Source: Candidatus Poribacteria bacterium
GTDB taxonomy: Bacteria; Poribacteria; WGA-4E; WGA-3G
Length of the DNA stretch: 64,000 nucleotides
Reading direction: 5' to 3'
NCBI GenBank assembly: GCA_965205015.1
Contig: OZ242029.1
Coordinates: 5,312,001-5,376,000 of the forward strand
The translations under genes and the position numbers were made by a program. This document shows, in pieces, positions 18,403 through 26,126 of the stretch (its first letter is position 1; each line of letters opens with the position of its first letter). Under the pieces are notes generated by a model. It searched no databases and had not been told where the DNA came from. It was given only the letters and a program-made list of their open reading frames with translations.

Positions 18403-18683
18403 GAGGAATCAGACTTGGGGAGCATCCGATACATCGTGTTGGCTACCACGCCAAGATACCATGATATTTTACTGTAGTCGATGGTTTATAGTAAAGTTTA
18501 GAATTAATTAGACACTTTAAAGAGGCGAGGATACAATCCTCGCCAGCGGCGGAGAGGATTGTTTCGCTAAGCAACTGTCTACATATTTTTCGACTTTACT
18601 ATAACTTGTGAAGTGGACGATTGGTATACGCTTTGCACAAGCCTCGTCCTTTAGGACGAGGTCACTGACAATACTCTTTGTTA
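18370..18683 (-). ncRNA. Putative IsrB omegaRNA (5' guide + scaffold), interrupted by a MITE
   Basis: Scaffold starts GTCAGTGACCTCGTCCTAAAGGACGAGGCTTG; later GGCGTGGTAGCC and GGATGCTCCCCAAGTC...GATGGGG blocks resemble omegaRNA scaffolds; boundaries approximate. Confidence 0.7.
18489..18601. mobile_element. 113-bp MITE with terminal inverted repeats and TA target duplication
   Basis: TA[TAGTAAAGT...ACTTTACTA]TA; internal GGCGAGGATACAATCCTCGCC palindrome. Confidence 0.7.
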
Positions 18684-18688
18684 AGGAC

Positions 18689-18718
18689 ATAGTAACATAC
18701 CCTCGCGTGGATTGTCAA
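18689..18718 (-). promoter_or_regulatory. Sigma70-like promoter reading into the omegaRNA
   Basis: Minus strand TTGACA-N18-TACTAT with TG extended -10. Confidence 0.6.
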
Positions 18719-18731
18719 CGAAAAAATTATA

Positions 18732-20708
18732 TCAACCGGGCAACAAACGATACCCGATGCCGGTCATGAGTCCAACAACGATCCAGATACCGCCGATGAA
18801 GCACTCGCCTAATACAATCCCTAACACAAAAGGACGGAGTTTGCGGTAGAGGGTAACGCCCCCGAACTTCAGAACAGTGTATTTGAATAGCCAACCGATG
18901 AAGAATGAACCCCAAAAACAGAAGGACGCATAACTCGTTATCAGGAGGTATCCGATCGGATGCAGTTTCCACCAGAGATAATGATGTCGCATCCAGAGCA
19001 TTCCGAACATCGTGGCACCGCCGAAGATGAACGAACCGAGCCGTTCCAATTCAATGCCGGTTGGATTTTGGAGGATGCTCGTGAGGCGGGTGAACGGGAC
19101 GGTTGTAGAGATCATATAGGTCCAGTGTTGCAAGTTCACTGCACCGTGCGTATAGGCAAGGTCTAAGGACGTATAGTAAGAGACTCCCATCGCCAAAACG
19201 ATTGCGATCCCCATCGCAAGCAGAAACGGTCGCTGCTTGAGACGGAGCGGTTCCGCGAGTTTGAAGTTGTTCATCACGCCCGGCATCAGGATTTCCCGCA
19301 TATCGAACATCAAGACGCGTTCGTATGCGACCAGGGTCCAACTCGGCGCGTTCACACGAGAACTGCCGAACAACGTAATCAGGAATTCACCCGGTAGGAA
19401 GGAGTAGATGATAAACAGCAAGCCACCGTTCGCAACCATCCACGTTCCGACCGTCGTTATGGCGAGGAAAATCCCGAGCATCACGAGTGCCACCCACACA
19501 CTCATCCCTGCCAGCCTACATATCAGGGTCAGTAGCAGGATGCCAACGATTAAGCCACCTACCGCCCAAACGTAAGGTAGCGGTTCGTTGGAATCATCAC
19601 TCACCCGTTTCCCAAAAATGGTAGCGAATGCCCGACCGAAGTGACGTTTGCCGATGAAGAGGATGAATCCGATAAAGACGAGCAGCCCACCCATCTGTTG
19701 ATTCTGGTGGAAGTTCCACTGATTCACTTTCGAGCCTGTCGCGTAGATAAGCACCGTCTCCATCTTTCCGAGCAGGAAAAAGAACCAGAAACTAAACGAG
19801 ATTTCGAGGGTCAGCAGATAGACGATAGCGACGATCGAGGGATAGATAAACAGATGCACCGTGGGCCACCACCCCAGCGCGGAGAGCGGTTTTTCGGTGA
19901 AGAATTGGGCAATCGGGAAATCGAGAGGCGGCCTCGGAAAGGCTGGGAAGTACGAATGTAGGCCTCTCAAGCCGTGCAATATAACCGGCAGCATGAAACC
20001 GAACCACATCAGCCGCGATTTGAAGAACCGATTCAATAAGGCACCCCCTGAAGGGGATTGCAACATCTCCTGTGGCAATTGAACGATCGGAAATGTGAAG
20101 CGTTCGTGTTCTACCCACTGCTTGCGGAGGAGCACTGTCCAGCAGATGGTAACGAAATAAAAAATCAGGACAAACGCACTCCACCCGACAATCGGCTTCA
20201 ACCATGCCCGCCACGGGATCGAATCGCCTTCCGGTAATTGTTCATAAAAATAGAAAACTGCTTTCGGATCTTTTACGATCATCCAGTCCGGAAGGTGCTG
20301 ATGAAAGAGGGTGATCCACTCGTTTTCGGCGGTTGCGAAGTAGACTGGACTGACAGCGAGTGGGACGAGGTATCGCATCAGCCCCGAGGATGGGATACCC
20401 GATGCGACCACCATCATCCCCCAGATAATGAGGAGTTCGCTACCTTGCAATTCGATGCCGGGTTTCAATCTTTTCAGGAGCACATTGACACTCAGGACGA
20501 AGACCAGCATTACGAAGACAACGGCGATCGGCAAGTGGTTTCCGGCAAGGTAGGTGCTGCCGACGTGGAAATCGTTATACGGAGTGGCGAAGCATTGGCA
20601 TATCACCCCACCCATACCGATGAGCACACTCCGTAGGGTGAGTCCAGTGTGAGCAGGATAGGGGGTTTGCGGAAAATTTTGGGGATGAGATGTGGCTGGA
20701 GATGTCAT
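18732..20708 (-). CDS. Large polytopic membrane protein (DUF6785/DUF6784-like, putative transporter)
   Basis: Many TM helices; ATAENEW, LRKQW..ER..FP, WW.LHPIGY, PF.LG...GE. Confidence 0.75.
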   Translation of the reverse strand: MTSPATSHPQNFPQTPYPAHTGLTLRSVLIGMGGVICQCFATPYNDFHVGSTYLAGNHLPIAVVFVMLVFVLSVNVLLKRLKPGIELQGSELLIIWGMMVVASGIPSSGLMRYLVPLAVSPVYFATAENEWITLFHQHLPDWMIVKDPKAVFYFYEQLPEGDSIPWRAWLKPIVGWSAFVLIFYFVTICWTVLLRKQWVEHERFTFPIVQLPQEMLQSPSGGALLNRFFKSRLMWFGFMLPVILHGLRGLHSYFPAFPRPPLDFPIAQFFTEKPLSALGWWPTVHLFIYPSIVAIVYLLTLEISFSFWFFFLLGKMETVLIYATGSKVNQWNFHQNQQMGGLLVFIGFILFIGKRHFGRAFATIFGKRVSDDSNEPLPYVWAVGGLIVGILLLTLICRLAGMSVWVALVMLGIFLAITTVGTWMVANGGLLFIIYSFLPGEFLITLFGSSRVNAPSWTLVAYERVLMFDMREILMPGVMNNFKLAEPLRLKQRPFLLAMGIAIVLAMGVSYYTSLDLAYTHGAVNLQHWTYMISTTVPFTRLTSILQNPTGIELERLGSFIFGGATMFGMLWMRHHYLWWKLHPIGYLLITSYASFCFWGSFFIGWLFKYTVLKFGGVTLYRKLRPFVLGIVLGECFIGGIWIVVGLMTGIGYRLLPG

Positions 20709-20734
20709 AGAAGGCGTGTATCAGTCGATTAAGA

Positions 20735-21958
20735 TCAGTGCCGTAAATCAAATACTGTTTTCACTGTAGCAGTTTTTCCCGTGTTCAGGGCAGTTTGGAT
20801 AGCATGTTTGTAATCTCGCAATGGAAAGAGCGTGCTGACCAGTGGACGCAAATGCGATTCCATCTTTTGAAGGAGACGCATACCGAGTGTGAAGGTATGA
20901 ATCTGTTCGTTGTTGTGGGTTTCGAGTCCATATGTATAGGCACCCGTTACGCGCAGTTGTTTATACCAGATCGAAGTCCAGTCAACGTTTTTCGGGATTC
21001 CCGGCATACCGACCAAGATGACTTCACCACCTGCACGGGTGAAACGGAGCGCGTCGTCTATGGTGACGCTGGAGCCGATGCAGTCGAAGGTAACGTCCAC
21101 ACCCCCAATCAATACCTGTTGTCCCAACTCCGGTTGATGCGAAGTCGCGCCTGTGCGTTCACAGAACGCGGCATATCGATCGCTGTTCGGTGATAGGATG
21201 TCATCCGCGCCGAGTTCGTGTGCCAATTGCTGTTGATGCGGATATTTGGCGAAGATAATGATTCGGTTGCGGTGTCCGAGGATCCGGAGTGCCGCGACGG
21301 TGAGCAATCCAATCGTGCCACCCCCGATGATACAGATAGTCGCTGTCCTATCGGATGGAATTTTCAGAACGCCGTGTAGCGCACACGCAAAGGGTTCGAG
21401 GAGCACCGCGGTTTCATCCGAAATAGCGTCAGGAACGGGATGAAGTTGCGATGGGTGTGCGAGAACGTATTGACTCCATCCGCCACCTGTATCGCGGCAA
21501 TAGCCTGTTTGAACCCCCGCAGAGATGTCTCCTTTTGTGATGTTTTCACAGTTGGCGAAACGTTGATTTCGGCATTGATGACACGGTGGCGAAATCCCTC
21601 GCACTGGACACGACAGTGCCGGTTCGATTACCACCCGTGTGCCGACGGGGAACCCCTCCACCGCAGCACCCGTCTCCGCGACTTCACCAACGATTTCATG
21701 TCCTAATACAAAAGGCGTCGACGTGAACGGCGAAAAGTAGGGACTCCCTTTCGCAGTGATTGTCGCTAAATCGGAGCCACAGATACCGCTGAGTCGGGTT
21801 CTGACTTTGACCCATTCAGGCGTTGGCAGTTGTGGCTCCGGAATATCAACGAGACGCGTGCAGGAGAACGGAGACGTATAAAGGCTTCGCCACCGTTTTC
21901 CAAGGTAGCGCATTGCCAGATAACGCGGGATGCTTTTGGTGTATTGAATCGCTTCCAC
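20735..21958 (-). CDS. Zinc-dependent alcohol dehydrogenase (MDR) family protein
   Basis: GICGSD, GHE, structural Zn cysteines, GGGTIG. Confidence 0.9.
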   Translation of the reverse strand: MEAIQYTKSIPRYLAMRYLGKRWRSLYTSPFSCTRLVDIPEPQLPTPEWVKVRTRLSGICGSDLATITAKGSPYFSPFTSTPFVLGHEIVGEVAETGAAVEGFPVGTRVVIEPALSCPVRGISPPCHQCRNQRFANCENITKGDISAGVQTGYCRDTGGGWSQYVLAHPSQLHPVPDAISDETAVLLEPFACALHGVLKIPSDRTATICIIGGGTIGLLTVAALRILGHRNRIIIFAKYPHQQQLAHELGADDILSPNSDRYAAFCERTGATSHQPELGQQVLIGGVDVTFDCIGSSVTIDDALRFTRAGGEVILVGMPGIPKNVDWTSIWYKQLRVTGAYTYGLETHNNEQIHTFTLGMRLLQKMESHLRPLVSTLFPLRDYKHAIQTALNTGKTATVKTVFDLRH

Positions 21959-21967
21959 AGTGCTATA

Positions 21968-23161
21968 TTAGTTCGCTTCTGACTGATAATACGCCGTCAA
22001 AATCTCCGCGACTTCGGGTCGTGAAATTTCTGGGGGGAGGGGTTCGCCAGCGGCGAGCATCTCACGCAATTTTGTCCCAGAGATCTCGAAATAATCGTCT
22101 GCATCGTGCGGGTAGTCGCGCATCATGATGATTTTATTGCGCTTTTTGCTCCATACGGTGAAATCACCACGGAAGATACCGATTTCGAGTGCGTCTTCAG
22201 GGATTGTGTCGAAAATCTCCTGTGCATCGAATGCGCCGTAGTAGTCGCCTGCGCCTGCGTGGTCGCGTCCGACGATGAAGTGCGAGGCACCGCAATTCTG
22301 ACGGAAGACGGCATGGAGGAGTGCCTCTCTCGGTCCAGCATAGAGCATATCGAACCCGTAACCGGTGATAGAGACGGTATTTTCAGGGAAATAGTGTTCC
22401 ACCATCGTACGGATGCAAGCATCACGAACAGCAGCGGGAATGTCCCCAGGCTTTAGCTTACCGAGAAGCATATGAATGAGAATACCATCGGCATTGACTG
22501 CCTCTTGTGCGATTTTGCAGAGTCCCTCATGGGCACGGTGCATCGGATTCCGTGTCTGGAAAGCGACGACGGTGTCCCATCCGCGCGCAGCGATGTCTTC
22601 ACGAATCTCGACGGCTGTGCGGAAGGTGTCCGGGAAATCTTCTCGGAAATAGGAGTAGTTCAGTACCTCGATCGGACCTGAAAGGACATTGTCTCCGACA
22701 TTTGCAAAAGCCGGGACACCTGGGTGCGCAGGGTCAGTCGTTCCAAAGGTCTTTTCAATGAGGAGTTGTTTCTGTTCTGTTGAGAGTGTCTCGATTGCCG
22801 AAACCTTCATAATAGCAATCGGCGGGTTGCCTTCGACGTTCGGATCGCGTAGCGCAATTCTATCGGCGTTCTTTACGGTATCCGTAAGCTGCTCCGATGG
22901 GACGATGTTCATCACGGGGACGGGCCAGAAGAGTCCGTTCGACAGTTTCATATCTGTTGCGACGCTCGTCGCTTCAGCGATATTCATATAGCCCGTAAGC
23001 GGCGTAAAGTACCCTGACGCCAGCATAACGGCTGATGCAGCGGCACCTGAAGATAACAGGACAGACGGGAGTTGCTCCGCCTCTTGAGTGAGTTCGGCAC
23101 GTTGTGCATCATCCGAAACGTAAAGCGGTTTTAAGGTCTCGGCTCCATGGGGTTTAATCAT
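21968..23161 (-). CDS. sat: Sulfate adenylyltransferase
   Basis: AFQTRNPMHRAHE, YAGPREA..HA..RQN.G, GRDHAG, ISGT. Confidence 0.95.
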   Translation of the reverse strand: MIKPHGAETLKPLYVSDDAQRAELTQEAEQLPSVLLSSGAAASAVMLASGYFTPLTGYMNIAEATSVATDMKLSNGLFWPVPVMNIVPSEQLTDTVKNADRIALRDPNVEGNPPIAIMKVSAIETLSTEQKQLLIEKTFGTTDPAHPGVPAFANVGDNVLSGPIEVLNYSYFREDFPDTFRTAVEIREDIAARGWDTVVAFQTRNPMHRAHEGLCKIAQEAVNADGILIHMLLGKLKPGDIPAAVRDACIRTMVEHYFPENTVSITGYGFDMLYAGPREALLHAVFRQNCGASHFIVGRDHAGAGDYYGAFDAQEIFDTIPEDALEIGIFRGDFTVWSKKRNKIIMMRDYPHDADDYFEISGTKLREMLAAGEPLPPEISRPEVAEILTAYYQSEAN

Positions 23162-23190
23162 CTGTTTCTAACATCTCCTTACTTAATAGT

Positions 23191-25290
23191 TTAAAAAATT
23201 TGTTCGACTGTACAGCCGTTCCAAATCCAAAAATGGTTTTTGTTGTTCCAGTCATCTTCGGGACGCACCCGATCTTTGGGGGTAAAGATGACTTGAGTGA
23301 GGGAACCCTCTGTGATTTCTACTGTATAGGTGTGTTGAAGCACGTCATCGTCTTCTGATATTGTCAAGTTCTTAAGGACTCGCGTCCCGTTTGCTAATAG
23401 ATTGAGAGTATGCGTGGCATTTCCTCTTCCAGCGAAGGTGTTGGTTACGCGGTAGTTTCCATTGGGCAGATCGATTTTAAAGGCGGCATCTTCTTCACTC
23501 CAGACGGCATCCCGTGCAAGCTCTGTTTTATTTCTGTTGCCTCGGTAGCCTTCGTGTGGGGATCGCGTGTCCCATCCGAATTTACCGCTCTGATATTCTG
23601 TATTCGGTCCAATAGCATGATGGTCTAAGGCGGTTGGACTGCCGTTGGGTTGCATGTCGAAATGGATTATCAAGTTGCCTTCATCCGTTTTGTCCCACAC
23701 ATCGAGCATCGGTCCCGAGGTCCGCTTTTTTCTGTAGATCTGGAGGTGTTCCGTTTCGTGAATAATTTCATAATTGGCGGTTTCCCTGCGGAATGCCTCC
23801 GTATCGGGTGGATACCATGCGATGAAATAGTCTATAGGTGCGTTCTCATTTTTGCGGTTTACCGGAAAATAATTGAAGGCGGCTTCGTAGTTTTCGAGAT
23901 GTCCCACGTCATTCGCATATACGCCGTAAAAGGCGGTGGAGTGTACAAACGGTGTGACGTATTTAACTTCGTTCTTCGAGATCCATTTACCCGCGTCCTT
24001 GTCGTAGTGTGCAAACGAGGCTTCCGATTTGTGCCAACCTGAACTGCGATGCCTAAAATTTGTATGCGGTTCTATCAGGTGTGTTCCTGATACGAGTTCA
24101 GTAATTTCTGAAGAAATGCGTCCGTGGTCGTAGGCAGTTATGCCACAGTGGATGAAACTGAAAACGATGAGGGAAGCTGTAAGCACGTAGCGAGGGAGTT
24201 TGTCCATGTTCGGAATTAACCATGCCGCCAACATCAACAGGATATAGAGATGAATCCGATCATTAATCCAACCGCCGGGTCCGTAGCTCCACGGAGCCCG
24301 AATGAACATGTAGGTAAATAGAAACGCGATCACTAAGAAGGCATCCGTCTGTTTCAGCCATTCCTTTCGATGAATTCGGTAGCCGATAGAGACAACGATT
24401 GCCACGCCTAACACAGCGAGTAGGAAATAGTTGACCGGAACGTGCCAGTCAGTGAAATAGACTATGGATTTAATGCCTAAGAAGTACTCCCAAACCCATT
24501 CCATGCCGCGATGGTTTCCTTCTTGATGCTGTTTCATGCTCTGCAGATAGTACTCTGTCAGCACAAAATACATCGGCACCATGTAGAGGAAGGAGCGAAA
24601 AAGCGGCTTAAGGCTAACGGCAAACTTTTGAAACACTGCGGGGGCACCTCCATTGCGTGCCTGCCACGCGGCTGCTACGGCAGGAGCACCCCACAAACAA
24701 CTGATTGCTACGGAGATTGCTAAGACGATGAGACCATAAGAAGCGATATGCGACAGATAGGTAAGCAGCAACAACACATAAAGTCCAATGAGATGCTTTA
24801 CTTGGATGTTGTCCTTATGCTTCCACCAGAATCCGAAGCTGAAGAAGAAGAACGAAATGCTCAGTTGGAAGTTGTAAAACCCCATGTAGAGCAGGTAGTT
24901 GTAAGCGAAAGGGAAACCGAGCCAGGCATACACATACTGCCCTTTTTCACCTCTGTGGACAGCATTGAGAAAATAGAAGAAAGCGAACGGGACCATGCCT
25001 ATCGCGATTGTCAGGAAGACCTTCTCGGCGATGACAGGGGGGAACACATACAGAAATGCTGCCAACATAATGTGAGACAGCCAATTCGGGAAGATCGTTA
25101 TATTCAGTTCCCACGCATCCCGCATCTTATAGTTTTCGTGTTTCCCATATTCCTTTAGCACCAAACCGTTGTAGACGTGGCTTGCACCGTCTTGCGAGGG
25201 GAAGTATGCAAAGATCCAGAGCGGGAGAATGTGGAGTAACAACAGCACCACAAATAGATGTTTCCACGACAAATTTCTCCAATTAAACAT
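23191..25290 (-). CDS. Multi-TM membrane protein with a soluble C-terminal beta domain (possibly GT-C-like)
   Basis: PSQDG..H near the N-terminus, about 11 TM helices, C-terminal beta-sandwich-like region. Confidence 0.6.
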   Translation of the reverse strand: MFNWRNLSWKHLFVVLLLLHILPLWIFAYFPSQDGASHVYNGLVLKEYGKHENYKMRDAWELNITIFPNWLSHIMLAAFLYVFPPVIAEKVFLTIAIGMVPFAFFYFLNAVHRGEKGQYVYAWLGFPFAYNYLLYMGFYNFQLSISFFFFSFGFWWKHKDNIQVKHLIGLYVLLLLTYLSHIASYGLIVLAISVAISCLWGAPAVAAAWQARNGGAPAVFQKFAVSLKPLFRSFLYMVPMYFVLTEYYLQSMKQHQEGNHRGMEWVWEYFLGIKSIVYFTDWHVPVNYFLLAVLGVAIVVSIGYRIHRKEWLKQTDAFLVIAFLFTYMFIRAPWSYGPGGWINDRIHLYILLMLAAWLIPNMDKLPRYVLTASLIVFSFIHCGITAYDHGRISSEITELVSGTHLIEPHTNFRHRSSGWHKSEASFAHYDKDAGKWISKNEVKYVTPFVHSTAFYGVYANDVGHLENYEAAFNYFPVNRKNENAPIDYFIAWYPPDTEAFRRETANYEIIHETEHLQIYRKKRTSGPMLDVWDKTDEGNLIIHFDMQPNGSPTALDHHAIGPNTEYQSGKFGWDTRSPHEGYRGNRNKTELARDAVWSEEDAAFKIDLPNGNYRVTNTFAGRGNATHTLNLLANGTRVLKNLTISEDDDVLQHTYTVEITEGSLTQVIFTPKDRVRPEDDWNNKNHFWIWNGCTVEQIF

Positions 25291-25319
25291 ATTTTCCCTC
25301 CGATACAGGGGAGCACAGT

Positions 25320-25988
25320 CTAAGTTTGTACGTTCTCTCTAAAGTAGAGGCAGTGCTCCGTCAACGAACACCGGTCACATAACGGCTTTCGGGCATCACA
25401 AATTTTTCTGCCGAAATAGATCAGGTTTATATGGAACGGATACGCCTTATTCTCCGGCACAATCGGTGGTAACAGTTGATGTGCCTTCTCCGCGCTGCAA
25501 TTCGGTGGAATCAGACCGAGGCGTTTGGAGATTCGCAGGATGTGTGTGTCAACTGGGAAGACCTCCCGACCGCACGCGAAGGAGAGCGTAACGGAGGCGG
25601 TTTTGATACCGATACCTTTGTGTTGACACAGGAATTCTAAGGCTTCCTCCGTTTCCATATCGTGCATAAACTCCAATGAGAGTTCACAGTGTTCGGCTTT
25701 GAGCCAAGTGAGGAAGTTTTTGATAGTCCGGCTTTTCTGTTCTCCGAGTCCGACAATCCGTATCGCTGCCTCTATCGCTTTAACATCGGCGTGCAGCACA
25801 TCCTCCCATGTTGGAAAGCGATCTTTCAGCACGGCATACCCCTTATCGCGGCTAACGTCTGTCGTATTTTGCGATAGAATCGTTAGGATAAGACATTCTA
25901 ACACGTCTCCTGCGCCTTCACGGGTCGGTACGCCGAATAAATCTTCCAGGGCTTCTGATATAATTTCCGCTTTCTGCTGTAATTCCAC
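25320..25988 (-). CDS. nth: Endonuclease III (HhH-GPD) family protein
   Basis: ILSQNT, GIGIKTA, PVDTH, C-x6-C-x2-C-x5-C; GTG start chosen because the ATG at 26021 overlaps a TATAAT -10 box. Confidence 0.85.
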   Translation of the reverse strand: MELQQKAEIISEALEDLFGVPTREGAGDVLECLILTILSQNTTDVSRDKGYAVLKDRFPTWEDVLHADVKAIEAAIRIVGLGEQKSRTIKNFLTWLKAEHCELSLEFMHDMETEEALEFLCQHKGIGIKTASVTLSFACGREVFPVDTHILRISKRLGLIPPNCSAEKAHQLLPPIVPENKAYPFHINLIYFGRKICDARKPLCDRCSLTEHCLYFRENVQT

Positions 25989-26126
25989 TCGTTCTCTTCC
26001 AAGATATTCTGTTTTTAACATTATACCACAAACAAAAAAAATAGCAACGCCATTTTACAAATGGCAGAGCGATCCAGTTCTCCGGTGGGAGGGAACTCCG
26101 ATTCCCGACAATATTGGCGATCGCCA

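Larger units (their letters stand above)
17342..18669 (-). mobile_element. Non-autonomous IS200/IS605-family OMEGA element (omegaRNA + isrB)
   Basis: Terminal hairpins with TAAA loops (minus strand): CCTCGTCC-TAAA-GGACGAGG at 18642-18661 and CTCCGACC-TAAA-GGACGGAG at 17361-17380, the latter inside a CAGCGTC/GACGCTG outer stem; no tnpA in the window. Confidence 0.8.
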
